Of a stretch of DNA of 64,000 bases, positions 8,403-19,190 are shown one piece after another (the stretch's first letter is position 1; each line of letters begins with the position of its first letter). Below the pieces are notes generated by a model that saw only the letters and a program-made list of their open reading frames with translations, did not search any database and was not told the origin of the DNA. Both the position numbers and the translations under genes were made by a program. Source of the DNA: an uncultured Gammaproteobacteria bacterium (GTDB taxonomy: Bacteria; Patescibacteriota; Patescibacteriia; Magasanikbacterales; GWA2-37-8); NCBI GenBank assembly GCA_964624315.1, contig CAZUWJ010000001.1, forward strand, positions 21,160-85,159, in the 5' to 3' direction.

Positions 8403-9893
8403 TTGTGTTATAATCTGGTTGTATTTTATATTGTTATGAATAGAACCCAAATTAACTTTTTAAAACCAATTGAACCCCCAAATCCTAATAACAAACCGCC
8501 ACAAAAGAAGCGGTTAATTATTTATATATTGCTAATTTTTATATTTTTAATGTTAGCTAGTACTCTAGCTAAAGCAATTATAAAAAAGCATGAAAATACA
8601 AAAATTGAAAATGGAATAACTTTAGAATCAAAAAGAGTCGGATTATTACAAACTGTTAAAAATTTTTTATTTAAAGATGAGGTAGTCATTGGTCAAGATG
8701 AAAGAATAAATATACTACTTCTAGGTATGGGTGGTGAAGGTCACGATGGCCCTTATTTAACAGATACAAATATTTTACTTAGTATTAAACCCCTAACCAA
8801 TGAAGTGGCCATGATCTCGGTCCCTAGGGATATGGGAGCAGAAATAGAAGGCTATGGCTTAACCAAAATAAACCATGCGAACGCCGCGGGAGAAAACAAA
8901 TACCCAAGACAAGGCGGAGAATATGCTCGTCAAGTTTTTGAAAAAACTTTTGATATTGATATCCCCTATTATATCCGCATAAATTTTAAAGCTTTTAAAG
9001 AAATGATAGATATTGTAGACGGAGTAAATATATATGTAAAAAGTGCTTTTGTTGACAATGCTTATCCAGCTAATAACTACGCTTATCAAACGGTTATTTT
9101 TAAATCCGGAGAACAAACCATGCATGGAGAGACCGCTCTAAAATTCGCCCGTTCCCGCCACGGTAATAATGGCGAAGGGTCTGATTTTTCCAGAGCCAGA
9201 AGACAACAGCAAGTAATTAATGCTCTCAAAGAAAAACTATTATCTAGCGGAACTTATACTAACCCGGCCAAGATAAAACAAATTTATGATTCATTATCAG
9301 AAAATGTCAGTACTAATTTAAACTTTGGGCAAATAATGTATTTGTCAGGATTAGCCAAAGAAACTAATTTAAACAATGTCAAAAATTTAACTTTGGACAG
9401 TGGTGAAGATGGATATTTATATTCCACTATGTCTAACGGAGTTTACCTACTTATGCCTAACAGCGGAGACTATGGAGAAATTTCTCAAGCCATGCAAAAC
9501 ATTTTTAATCCTGATTTTGAAATTAAAACAGAATATATCACCCCTGCTCAAACTCAAATTTTTCCAGAAGCTCAAATAGAAATACAAAACGGAACTTGGC
9601 AAGCAGGTTTAGCCTCTCGAGCCAAACAAAATCTAGAAGAAATAGGTTTTGTTATAAGCAGTGTTGGTAATACCCCAGAAAGACCAGTGAGCACTTCTTT
9701 AATATATTTAATTAATGAAAATTCACCGACTGAAATAACTACTGCCTTATCCCAGCAGCTTGGACTACCCACTACTACTTACTTGGCAAGTTCAACCACC
9801 TCAAGTACAATATATAGTACGAGTACAATAAATATAAATTTTGAAGATAATACAGAAATTTTAATAATTTTAGGAGAAGACTATTTAGAATAA
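8403..9893 (+). CDS. LCP (LytR-CpsA-Psr) family protein with LytR C-terminal domain
   Basis: RINILLLG, TDT, SVPRD, ARSRH, SDFSRARRQQ motifs; start may be ATG 8436. Confidence 0.92.
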   Translation: MCYNLVVFYIVMNRTQINFLKPIEPPNPNNKPPQKKRLIIYILLIFIFLMLASTLAKAIIKKHENTKIENGITLESKRVGLLQTVKNFLFKDEVVIGQDERINILLLGMGGEGHDGPYLTDTNILLSIKPLTNEVAMISVPRDMGAEIEGYGLTKINHANAAGENKYPRQGGEYARQVFEKTFDIDIPYYIRINFKAFKEMIDIVDGVNIYVKSAFVDNAYPANNYAYQTVIFKSGEQTMHGETALKFARSRHGNNGEGSDFSRARRQQQVINALKEKLLSSGTYTNPAKIKQIYDSLSENVSTNLNFGQIMYLSGLAKETNLNNVKNLTLDSGEDGYLYSTMSNGVYLLMPNSGDYGEISQAMQNIFNPDFEIKTEYITPAQTQIFPEAQIEIQNGTWQAGLASRAKQNLEEIGFVISSVGNTPERPVSTSLIYLINENSPTEITTALSQQLGLPTTTYLASSTTSSTIYSTSTININFEDNTEILIILGEDYLE

Positions 9894-9894
9894 T

Positions 9895-11262
9895 ATGAAA
9901 AAAGCAGAACTAATTGAAAGCAATCTACCTAAAGTCGTCTTGGTCGGTAGAACAAATGTAGGTAAATCTACCATATTCAATCGTTTGATTGAGAAAGATA
10001 TGGCTTTAATTTCTAATATAGCTGGAACAACTAGAACAAGCAACGTTGGAATTGTAAGTTGGAGAGGAAAAAACTTTGAATTAATCGATACAGGTGGCTT
10101 AACTTTTGATGATAAAGTAATTTTAGAAGAAGAAATAATCAAACAAACTGAAAAATCATTAAAAATAGCGGATTTAATAGTTTTTGTAATTGATATTCAA
10201 ACTGACCCCCTGCCCCAAGAAAAAGAACTAATACAACTAATAAAAAGAAAATACCAAAATAAACCATTAATTTTTGTGGCTAATAAAGCTGACAACCCAT
10301 CTTGGCAGGCTCAAACAAGCTCTCCTTCAATTTATAAACTGCAATTAGGGGAGCCAATGCCTATATCAGGCTCCAACGGAACTAACTTGGGAGATATGTT
10401 AGATTTGATTTTTAAAAATTTAAACAAACTACCCAAAAGACCAAAGACACTAAAAGAACTAGACCCAATAAATGTGGCTATTGTTGGAAAACCAAACGTA
10501 GGCAAATCAGCTCTTTTTAACAAAATAATCGGGCAAGACAAAGTTATAGTAAGTGATATGGCCCATACTACCAGAGAGCCATACGACACCTTGGTTGAAT
10601 ATGATAAAAAACCTATACTTTTTATTGATACCGCTGGCATTAGAAAAAAATCAAGAGTAAGCGGTTTGTTAGAAATACTTGGCATTAGTAAAAGCATTAA
10701 ATCAATCAAAAAATCAGACGTTACTCTACTAGTTTTGGATGCTACCGAACCAGTGACTGATCAAGATCAACAGCTAGCTGGGTTACTGCGTCAACAAACC
10801 AAGAGCGTAATTATTATTATTAATAAATGGGATAAAGCTGAAGATAATACGGACAACTTTAGAAATAAAGTCAAAGAGAATATGTATGGTTTATTCCCTC
10901 ATTTAAAATACGCTCCAATATTATTTACTTCAGCAAAAACAAAATACAGAATCCATCAAATCTTTCCGCTTATTTTACGGGCTTTTGAAGAAAGATATAC
11001 TGAAATATCTGGGGAAGACCTAGAGGATTTCTTGCAAAAAATAATGAAAAAAAGATTACCGCTTCGTGGAAAAGGTGTAAGACATCCAAAAGTTTTGGGA
11101 TTAAGTCAGCTTAATTCTGCTCCACCTATTTTTCAATTAGCAGTTAAAAACAGAACATCTGTCCATCCTTCTTACTTACATTATATTGGCAACAGATTAC
11201 GAGAAAATTTTAGTTTTTTTGCTTGTCCAATAATAGTAAAAATTAAAAAAATTAAAAAATAA
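9895..11262 (+). CDS. der: Ribosome biogenesis GTPase Der
   Basis: Two G domains GRTNVGKS and GKPNVGKS, DTGG/DTAG, NKAD/NKWD. Confidence 0.96.
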   Translation: MKKAELIESNLPKVVLVGRTNVGKSTIFNRLIEKDMALISNIAGTTRTSNVGIVSWRGKNFELIDTGGLTFDDKVILEEEIIKQTEKSLKIADLIVFVIDIQTDPLPQEKELIQLIKRKYQNKPLIFVANKADNPSWQAQTSSPSIYKLQLGEPMPISGSNGTNLGDMLDLIFKNLNKLPKRPKTLKELDPINVAIVGKPNVGKSALFNKIIGQDKVIVSDMAHTTREPYDTLVEYDKKPILFIDTAGIRKKSRVSGLLEILGISKSIKSIKKSDVTLLVLDATEPVTDQDQQLAGLLRQQTKSVIIIINKWDKAEDNTDNFRNKVKENMYGLFPHLKYAPILFTSAKTKYRIHQIFPLILRAFEERYTEISGEDLEDFLQKIMKKRLPLRGKGVRHPKVLGLSQLNSAPPIFQLAVKNRTSVHPSYLHYIGNRLRENFSFFACPIIVKIKKIKK

Positions 11263-11263
11263 C

Positions 11264-11803
11264 ATGAAATTAATAGTCGGTTTAGGAAATCCAGGTAAAC
11301 AATATGAAAAAACTAGGCACAATGCTGGCTGGATGGTTTTAAACGAAATAATTAAAAAATATAACCCACAAAAAAGTTGGTCAAATAGCAAAAAAGCCAA
11401 AGCTGAATTTTTAAAATTACAAATTAACAATCAAGAAGTGGAGCTCTTAAAGCCAACAAACTTTATGAACAACTCTGGTTTTTCTGTTCAATATGCAGTC
11501 AAAAAGCATAGCTTAAAACCAGAGGATATAATAGTTATACACGATGACAAGGATATAAATTTAGGAGAAATAAAAGTACAGTTTGATAAAAACTCAGCTG
11601 GACACAACGGAGTACAATCTATTATTAATCACTTAAAAACAAAAGAATTCTACCGCGTCAGAGTAGGAGTAGCCCCAGAAAATAAAAACCATATCGGAGA
11701 CACAACCCATTTTGTTTTAAAAAAATTTGGCTTATTTGAAAAAAAGAAAATTAATCAAGGTATAAATAAAGCCACGGAAGAAATAGAAAAATTAATTGTT
11801 TAA
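11264..11803 (+). CDS. pth: Peptidyl-tRNA hydrolase
   Basis: LIVGLGNPG..TRHNAG, HDD, GHNG motifs. Confidence 0.96.
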   Translation: MKLIVGLGNPGKQYEKTRHNAGWMVLNEIIKKYNPQKSWSNSKKAKAEFLKLQINNQEVELLKPTNFMNNSGFSVQYAVKKHSLKPEDIIVIHDDKDINLGEIKVQFDKNSAGHNGVQSIINHLKTKEFYRVRVGVAPENKNHIGDTTHFVLKKFGLFEKKKINQGINKATEEIEKLIV

Positions 11804-11806
11804 TCT

Positions 11807-12886
11807 ATGGACATACATCAAACCGCTTTGGCACATTTTGAAAAATTAACTCCGCGACGCTATCAAAATATGATAGCGTATTTTCATACTCCAAAAAATA
11901 TTTGGGAAGCAAAATTAAAAGATCTAATACAAACAAAAGTTGAACCTAGTATTATTGAGGAATACATCAAGTGGAGAAATAAAACTAATATAGAAAAAAT
12001 ACTATCCAACCTAGAACAAGATAAAATAAAAGTAGTCCACTTGGGAGATCCGGAATATCCTTATTTTTTATCAGAAATTTTTGATCCACCCCAGACTTTG
12101 TTTTTTAAAGGCACTCTGCCTGGCGCAGAAGAATATACCATATCAATAGTCGGAACTAGAAAATATACGACCTACGGCAAACAGGTAACCGAACATTTTG
12201 CTGATAAATTATCTCGCGAATCACTAACCATTGTATCTGGACTAGCTTTGGGCATAGACACTATCGCTCATACCTCAGCTGTAAAAAATAATAATAAAAC
12301 TGTGGCTGTTTTAGGCTCAGGTTTATCTGATGAATTTATTTACCCAAGATGTAATTTTAATTTATCTAAAAAAATAATAGAGACAGGTGGAACACTAATC
12401 TCTGAATACCCACCTGATTTTAAAGCCACCCTCTATTCTTTTCCAGCCCGCAATCGTATTATTGCTGGTTTGAGTCGAGCGGTTTTAATAACAGAAGCTC
12501 CTATCAAATCAGGAGCTCTCATAACTGGACGTAGCGCTATTGATTATAACCGCGAAGTTTTTATTGTTCCTCATCCCATTTTTTCTGCCCAAGGAGAAGG
12601 TAATAATCATTTTATAAAAAATGGAGCGACACCAGTCACCGACCCTCAAGAAATACTTGATGAATTAGGTATAAAAAATAAAATCCAAGAAAATAAAAAA
12701 ACAAACTTGCCAATAACTGAAATTGAGGGTAAAATACTTGGCCTCTTGAGTAAAGAACCAAAACACATTGATCAAATTGCCAAAGAAACTAATTCTAATA
12801 GCTCTCAAATCAACACTAGTCTGGCAATGCTTGAAATTAAAAACCTAATTAAAAACATCGGCAATATGATGTTTATTAAAAATTAA
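11807..12886 (+). CDS. dprA: DNA-processing protein DprA
   Basis: IVGTRK, IVSGLALGID, FPARNRIIAGLS motifs. Confidence 0.95.
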   Translation: MDIHQTALAHFEKLTPRRYQNMIAYFHTPKNIWEAKLKDLIQTKVEPSIIEEYIKWRNKTNIEKILSNLEQDKIKVVHLGDPEYPYFLSEIFDPPQTLFFKGTLPGAEEYTISIVGTRKYTTYGKQVTEHFADKLSRESLTIVSGLALGIDTIAHTSAVKNNNKTVAVLGSGLSDEFIYPRCNFNLSKKIIETGGTLISEYPPDFKATLYSFPARNRIIAGLSRAVLITEAPIKSGALITGRSAIDYNREVFIVPHPIFSAQGEGNNHFIKNGATPVTDPQEILDELGIKNKIQENKKTNLPITEIEGKILGLLSKEPKHIDQIAKETNSNSSQINTSLAMLEIKNLIKNIGNMMFIKN

Positions 12887-13053
12887 TTAATTTTAACAGC
12901 TAGATAAAAATAACTTAATACTCATAACTGACTCAATGTACCTGTCTGGTGAACTAAAAAAGACAAAAACCTTTAAATAATTGACAATTTACCTATTTTT
13001 GGCTATTATTAAATTACGCTTTAAGCGAAATTTTTTGTTTATTTAAAAAACTT

Positions 13054-15099
13054 ATGGGAAAAACATTAGTAATAGTAGAGTCTCCAGCCAAGGCTAAGAC
13101 TATAAATAAATTTTTAGGGACAAACTATATAGTTAAGTCTTCTTTTGGTCATTTAAGAGATCTGCCAAAATCAAAAATGGGGATTGATATTGAGAATAAT
13201 TTTGAACCTCATTACATAAATAACCGAGCCAAAACCAAGGTTATTAAAGAATTAAAAGATAATGCTAAAAAAACAGATTCAATCCTGTTCGCTACTGATG
13301 AAGACAGAGAAGGAGAAGCTATCGCCTGGCATTTATCAAAAATACTCGATGTTCCCGAAGACCAAGCTAAAAGAATTGTATTTCATGAAATTACTAAGAA
13401 TGCTATTTTAGATGCTATCAAAAACCCAAGAATGATTGATATGGAATTAGTAAACGCCCAACAAGCTAGACGTATTTTAGATAGATTGGTGGGATATGAA
13501 CTCTCTCCATTCTTGTGGAAAAAAGTAATCAAAGGACTATCGGCTGGGAGAGTCCAGTCAGTGGCCGTCAGATTGGTTGTAGAAAAAGAAAAAGAAATAC
13601 AAAATTTTAAACCTCAAGAATATTGGAATGTTGAAGGTCTTTTTGAAAAAGAAAAGATAGATTTTACTGCCAAATTAATAAAACAAGATGGCAAGAAAAT
13701 AGACAAACTAACTGTGGAAAATAAAAAGCAAGCCGACGAAATTTCAAAAGATTTAAAGGGAGAAAAATATTTTGTTGAAAATATAGAAGAGAAACAAACA
13801 AAGAAAAACCCCCTACCCCCCTTTACTACTTCTACCCTGCAACAAACAGCCAATAATCGACTTGGGTTTTCTGCTAAACAAACCATGCGTTTAGCTCAAC
13901 AATTATATGAAGGTGTTGATATTGGTACTGATGGCTCAGTCGGTCTTATTACCTACATGCGTACTGACTCGCTCAATCTGTCAAAAGAATTTTTAGGTAA
14001 TACTACCAAATATATTAAACAGGAACTAGGTGAAAAATACTTAGCTGAAAAAACTAGGCTTTTTAAATCAAAAAGTAAAAACGCTCAAGAAGCTCACGAA
14101 GCTATCCGCCCTACCCATGTTGAATATGCTCCTGAAAAAATAAAAAACCACCTAGACAAAAATCAACTAAAGCTATACACCTTAATTTGGCAAAGAGCTA
14201 TCGCCACTCAAATGGCTCCAGCTATAATGAACAAAATATCACTAGACATAAAAACCAAAACTAAAGAATACGTTTTCAGGGCCAACGGTCAAAGTATAAA
14301 TTTTGATGGCTATTTAAAAATTTACACAACTAGCACTAAAGAAAATATTTTACCAAATTTTGAAAAGGGTGAAGATGTAAATTGTAAAAAAATGAATATT
14401 GAGCAACATTTTACAGAACCACCAGCCAGATATTCAGACGCTAGCTTAATTAAAATTTTAGAAGAATATGGAGTAGGCCGACCTTCTACTTATGCTCCGA
14501 CTTTGGCAACCATAGAAGCCAGGGGATATGTGAAAAAAAATGATCAAAAAAGATTTGAGCCAAACGAAACTGCTTTTATGGTAATCGACATACTAGTAAA
14601 GCATTTTCCACAAGTAGTAGATTACCAGTTCACTGCTAAAATGGAAGACGATTTGGATAAAATCGCAGAAGGCAAACAAAAATGGCAACCCCTCATAGCT
14701 GAATTTTATTTTCCTTTCAAAGAAAATCTAGAAAAAAAATATGAAGAAGTTAAAAAACTTGAACTAGATGAAAAAACAGATGAAATTTGTGATAAATGCG
14801 GAAAACCAATGATAATAAAAACCGGCCGATTTGGTAAATTTTTAGGATGTAGTGGTTTTCCAGAATGTAAAAATATTAAATCCGTACCCGGAACCGACAA
14901 AGACAAAAACGGACAACCGGATAGTGAACAAGTACAAAAATTACAAGAAAAATTTGAAGGTGAAGTTTGTGAAAAATGTGGAACAAAAATGGCTGTTAAA
15001 GTTGGGCGCTATGGACCATTTCTAGCTTGCACTGCTTTCCCGAAATGTAGAAACATTAAAAAAATTCCAAAAGAAGATAAGAAACCAGAAGATAAATAA
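13054..15099 (+). CDS. topA: DNA topoisomerase I
   Basis: VIVESPAKAKTI, ATDEDREGE, SAGRVQS, ITYMRTD, C-terminal zinc ribbons. Confidence 0.97.
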   Translation: MGKTLVIVESPAKAKTINKFLGTNYIVKSSFGHLRDLPKSKMGIDIENNFEPHYINNRAKTKVIKELKDNAKKTDSILFATDEDREGEAIAWHLSKILDVPEDQAKRIVFHEITKNAILDAIKNPRMIDMELVNAQQARRILDRLVGYELSPFLWKKVIKGLSAGRVQSVAVRLVVEKEKEIQNFKPQEYWNVEGLFEKEKIDFTAKLIKQDGKKIDKLTVENKKQADEISKDLKGEKYFVENIEEKQTKKNPLPPFTTSTLQQTANNRLGFSAKQTMRLAQQLYEGVDIGTDGSVGLITYMRTDSLNLSKEFLGNTTKYIKQELGEKYLAEKTRLFKSKSKNAQEAHEAIRPTHVEYAPEKIKNHLDKNQLKLYTLIWQRAIATQMAPAIMNKISLDIKTKTKEYVFRANGQSINFDGYLKIYTTSTKENILPNFEKGEDVNCKKMNIEQHFTEPPARYSDASLIKILEEYGVGRPSTYAPTLATIEARGYVKKNDQKRFEPNETAFMVIDILVKHFPQVVDYQFTAKMEDDLDKIAEGKQKWQPLIAEFYFPFKENLEKKYEEVKKLELDEKTDEICDKCGKPMIIKTGRFGKFLGCSGFPECKNIKSVPGTDKDKNGQPDSEQVQKLQEKFEGEVCEKCGTKMAVKVGRYGPFLACTAFPKCRNIKKIPKEDKKPEDK

Positions 15100-15101
15100 A
15101 T

Positions 15102-16595
15102 ATGAACAACGAAATTGTTATACCAAGCAATTTAAATATTGAAGATCTGATAACAGAGGCTAAAACTTATGTTAAAAAATCTGATTTAGACTTAATCAGG
15201 TTAGCTTTTGATTTTGCTGACAAAGCTCATGAAGGGCAAAAAAGAAAAACTGGTGAACCTTACATAATCCACCCTCTATCAGCTGCTTATATTTTGGCTA
15301 AAATGAAAATAGAAGTTACTATCATTGTAGCAGCTTTAATGCATGATGTGCCAGAAGATACAGAAGTCACTTTAGAGGATATTGAAAAGAACTTTGGAAA
15401 AGATACTGCTTCTATGATTAGGGGTATTACTAAATTAGGAAAATTAAAATATAGAGGAGTAGAAAGATACATAGAAAATCTACGTAAAATGTTTGTGGCT
15501 ATGGCTGAAGATGTTAGAGTAATGATTATTAAATTTGCTGATCGCACTCACAACCTGATGACTCTTGATGCCCAGCCCCCTAACAAACAATACCGTATTG
15601 CCTTGGAAAGTTTAGAAATTTACGCCCCAATAGCCAATCGTCTAGGCATGGGTGAATTTAAAGGAATGATGGAAGACCTAGCTTTTCCATATATTAATCC
15701 TAAAGAATTTAAAAAAACAAAGGAAATAAGAAATAAAGGTTTAGAAGTGGCTTCTGGAGAATTAGACAATATCATGATCAAAGCAAAGGAAGAACTAAAA
15801 AAAGCTCGCATACCTTTTAACGATGTTCACGGACGAGAAAAAAGATTATACAGTCTTTATCAAAAATTACTACGCAAAGAATGGGGTTCAGATAAAATAT
15901 ATGATATGGTGGCAATTCGCATAATTTTACCAAGCATAGCTGATTGTTATGCTGCTCTCGGAGTTTTACACAAACTATGGAAACCGCTAAAAGGAAGAAT
16001 AAAAGATTACATCGCTCAACCAAAACCAAATGGTTATAAATCATTACACACAACCGTATTTTGTGAAGGTGGCAAAACAGTGGAATTCCAAATCAGAACC
16101 AAAGACATGCACGATGAAGCTGAGTACGGTGTGGCAGCCCACTGGCATTATGATGAAAAAGGTGTTCGTTCAAATGTAAATAAACATATTTCTTGGGCCA
16201 AAGAATTAGCTAATATCCAAAACGAAGTCTTGAACAACTTATCTGATTTAGAAGAAATGAAATTAGACTTTTTTCAAAGCCGAATATTTGTTTTTACTCC
16301 CCAAGGTGATGTTATTGATTTGCCTGAAAATGCTACTCCGATTGATTTTGCCTATGCTATTCACACGGACGTAGGTAATAAATGTAACGGAGCCAAAGTT
16401 AATGACCAACTCATAAGTTTAGACACTTCTCTAAAGAACGGAGACGTGATTGAAATTATCACAGATAAAAACAGAAAAGGGCCAAGTCCAGATTGGTTAA
16501 AAACAGTTAAAACTCATGGGGCCAAAACAAAAATTAGAACAGAACTAAATAAAATGAAGGGGCCAGTCTGGCTGAAAACAATATTTAAAAAATAA
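15102..16595 (+). CDS. RelA/SpoT homologue (HD, synthetase, TGS; no ACT domain)
   Basis: HDVPED, KFADRTHN, PKPNGYKSLHT, TPIDFAYAIHT motifs. Confidence 0.93.
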   Translation: MNNEIVIPSNLNIEDLITEAKTYVKKSDLDLIRLAFDFADKAHEGQKRKTGEPYIIHPLSAAYILAKMKIEVTIIVAALMHDVPEDTEVTLEDIEKNFGKDTASMIRGITKLGKLKYRGVERYIENLRKMFVAMAEDVRVMIIKFADRTHNLMTLDAQPPNKQYRIALESLEIYAPIANRLGMGEFKGMMEDLAFPYINPKEFKKTKEIRNKGLEVASGELDNIMIKAKEELKKARIPFNDVHGREKRLYSLYQKLLRKEWGSDKIYDMVAIRIILPSIADCYAALGVLHKLWKPLKGRIKDYIAQPKPNGYKSLHTTVFCEGGKTVEFQIRTKDMHDEAEYGVAAHWHYDEKGVRSNVNKHISWAKELANIQNEVLNNLSDLEEMKLDFFQSRIFVFTPQGDVIDLPENATPIDFAYAIHTDVGNKCNGAKVNDQLISLDTSLKNGDVIEIITDKNRKGPSPDWLKTVKTHGAKTKIRTELNKMKGPVWLKTIFKK

Positions 16596-16636
16596 TCCCG
16601 TAGATGGGGTTATTTTTTTATACTTTTTTAAATTTT

Positions 16637-17467
16637 CTATTTTAATTTATCTAACAAACTTTCAAATTCTTCTTTGGAATAAAAATCAATTATTATACTA
16701 CCCCTTTCTCCTTTTTGTTTGATATTCACCTTTGTTCCAAGCGACTCTCTTAATTCATTTTCTAAATAAGCAATATTAGGATCTTTTTTTGATTGTTTGT
16801 ATCCAGTCTTAACCCTTACACTTCTTTCTATTTCTCTTACAGAAATCTTTTCTCCAAGCATGGAAGATAACATACTTAATTGTTCTGCTTCATCTTTTAG
16901 GCCAAGCAAAGCCCTGGCTTGACCACTATTTATTTTTTTATTTATCAAAGCATTTTGAATTTGATCTGGCAATTCTAAAAGTCTAATACTATTAGCAATA
17001 GCCGAACGACTCTTACCAACTTTTTGGGAAACTTCTTCTTGGGTTAAACCAAACTCTTCAATTAATCTTTTATAAGAAAAAGCCTCTTCAATTGGATCCA
17101 AATCTTCTCTTTGAATATTTTCTATCAAAGCAACTTCCAACTTCTGTTGCTCTTTCATTTTTTTAACTACAGCTGGAACAGTAGTTAGACCAGCCAATTT
17201 AGAAGCTCTAGCTCTGCGCTCTCCAGCTACCAATTCATAACCTCCATCTTTACTCTCTACCACTACTACTGGTTGTAATACCCCGTGTTCTTTTATGGAA
17301 TTTGCCAAATCAATCAAAGATTTTTCTTCAAAATTTTGACGAGGTTGATGACTATTGGCAATAATTTTTGACAGTGGAATTTGCCAAATTCTACCTTCAA
17401 AATTATCTTCTTTTTTATTATTATTTGTGGGAGTAATAAGAGCCCCCAAACCTTTACCTAATGCCAT
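16637..17467 (-). CDS. parB: Chromosome partitioning protein ParB
   Basis: GVLQPV, LVAGERRARA, ENIQREDL, HTH. Confidence 0.95.
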   Translation of the reverse strand: MALGKGLGALITPTNNNKKEDNFEGRIWQIPLSKIIANSHQPRQNFEEKSLIDLANSIKEHGVLQPVVVVESKDGGYELVAGERRARASKLAGLTTVPAVVKKMKEQQKLEVALIENIQREDLDPIEEAFSYKRLIEEFGLTQEEVSQKVGKSRSAIANSIRLLELPDQIQNALINKKINSGQARALLGLKDEAEQLSMLSSMLGEKISVREIERSVRVKTGYKQSKKDPNIAYLENELRESLGTKVNIKQKGERGSIIIDFYSKEEFESLLDKLK

Positions 17468-17471
17468 AATT

Positions 17472-18254
17472 TTATTCTAAAGAATCAATATAATCACTTA
17501 CTTCCCTGGCTAAACGAGTGTAAGATTTTGCTCCTTTACCACGAGGTTCATAGTGAAAAATACTTTTACCAAAACTTGGCGCCTCGGCCAAGCGAACTGT
17601 TCTAGGGATAACTGTCCTAAAAATACTGCTAGGAAAATATTTGTATAATTCATCTAAAATTTCTGATGACAAACGAGTTCTAGCATCATACATAGTCATA
17701 ACAGCCCCTAAAACTTGAAGTTCAGGTTTAATATTTTCTTTAACTAATTCAATGGTTTTCAAAAGTTGCCCCAAACCTTCCAAAGCATAATATTCAGCTT
17801 GAACTGGTATCAAAATTTTATCAGCGGCCACTAGCCCATTCAAAGTCAAAATACCTAAAGAAGGGGGACAGTCAACAATAACATAATCATAAGCATGTTT
17901 GACCTCTCCTAAAATATCAGATAATTTCATCTCTCGGCCTTCAATATTTACTAATTCTACATTAGCTCCTGCTAAATCAGCGGTAGCTGGGACAACTCTT
18001 AGACCTTCGTGAGCGGTATTAAGAACGACATCGTGCAAACGATGTTCACCCATCAAAGCATGATATAATCCCTTTTCTAATTCATTGTGTTTAATGCCTA
18101 ATCCAGAAGTAGCGTTGCCTTGGGGATCCAAATCAACTAATAAAACAAATTTGCCTTGTTCTGCCAAACCGGCTGCTAAATTTACCGCTGTAGTTGTTTT
18201 ACCTACACCACCTTTTTGGTTTACGACAGATATTATATTTGACATATAAAACAA
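17472..18254 (-). CDS. parA: ParA/Soj ATPase
   Basis: NQKGGVGKTTT, DLDPQGNATSG, DCPPSLG. Confidence 0.96.
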   Translation of the reverse strand: MFYMSNIISVVNQKGGVGKTTTAVNLAAGLAEQGKFVLLVDLDPQGNATSGLGIKHNELEKGLYHALMGEHRLHDVVLNTAHEGLRVVPATADLAGANVELVNIEGREMKLSDILGEVKHAYDYVIVDCPPSLGILTLNGLVAADKILIPVQAEYYALEGLGQLLKTIELVKENIKPELQVLGAVMTMYDARTRLSSEILDELYKYFPSSIFRTVIPRTVRLAEAPSFGKSIFHYEPRGKGAKSYTRLAREVSDYIDSLE

Positions 18255-18318
18255 CCTAAACTAGGTTAAATTTTTTATTAAACTAAAAAATTTACTTAAT
18301 ATACCTATAACAAACACC

Positions 18319-18440
18319 TGTCATCCCGAGCTTGTCGAGGGATCTTTCTTGGTACTTACTTATAAATAGCTACACAAAAAGATTCCTCCACTCCGCTCTG
18401 CCCCTCCTCCTCGTCGGGACGAGCTACGGTCGGAATGACA
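18319..18440. repeat. REP-like palindromic element (TGTCAT...ATGACA family)
   Basis: TGTCATCCCGAG..GGATCT ... AGATTCCTCC..GGAATGACA. Confidence 0.8.
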
Positions 18441-18672
18441 ATTTATTTGAGGCTTTATTTTGTAAAAAAACTTGATACACACTCAAACTAATATAATTAT
18501 ATCATAGAATTGACAAAAGACCAATAATTTTGTATAATGTAATGGCAAAATTAAGCAATCTGCCTCTCTGGCAGACAAAATAAATAAAAAAATTAATTTT
18601 GACTCTGAAAAATTACGTCAACTTATATTATATATATTAGAACTAATGCTTCGAAAAACGTTAATAATATAA

Positions 18673-18708
18673 GCCGAAGTGGTGAAACTGGTAGACACGC
18701 ACGACTCA
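18673..18708 (+). pseudogene. 5' half of tRNA-Leu(CAA), interrupted in the anticodon loop
   Basis: Identical to 19039-19074, then diverges into a double-hairpin insert. Confidence 0.85.
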
Positions 18709-18786
18709 CCCCAAGCAGAGCAAAGCTCGCTTTGGGGTGTCCCAAACTGAGCTTTGCTCTAGTTGGGACAAAATCTAAGGAGAATT

Positions 18787-19038
18787 ATGTATTATGTATA
18801 TATATTAAAACTTTCAAATAATGATCTATATACTGGTAGAACAAACGACCTAAAAAGAAGGTATAATGAACATTTAAATAAAAAAGTAAAATCAACAGGT
18901 AAATATTGCCCATTAAAATTACTGCATTATGAAGCGTTTCTAGATAAAGAAGATTCTGTGAGAAGAGAAAACTATCTCAAAACTAGTACTGGCAAAAGAA
19001 TGTTAAAACTAATGCTTCGAAAAACATTACTAATATAA
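18787..19038 (+). CDS. Small GIY-YIG nuclease family protein
   Basis: MYYVYILK..LYTGRTNDLKRRYNEH..RRENYLK; stop abuts tRNA-Leu. Confidence 0.9.
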   Translation: MYYVYILKLSNNDLYTGRTNDLKRRYNEHLNKKVKSTGKYCPLKLLHYEAFLDKEDSVRRENYLKTSTGKRMLKLMLRKTLLI

Positions 19039-19120
19039 GCCGAAGTGGTGAAACTGGTAGACACGCACGACTCAAAATCGTGTGGAGCAATCCTTGAGGG
19101 TTCGAGTCCCTCCTTCGGCA
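19039..19120 (+). tRNA. tRNA-Leu(CAA)
   Basis: GCCGAAG/CTTCGGC acceptor, CACGA-CTCAAAA-TCGTG anticodon arm, long variable arm. Confidence 0.95.
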
Positions 19121-19190
19121 CAAGACCTACGGACGATAAACCCTCCTTCGGCACAAAACCCACTTTAACAATAGGGGTATCAATAACCTA

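Noticed and set aside
16637-18600. Replication origin near parAB
   Set aside because: No dnaA and no cluster of DnaA boxes visible
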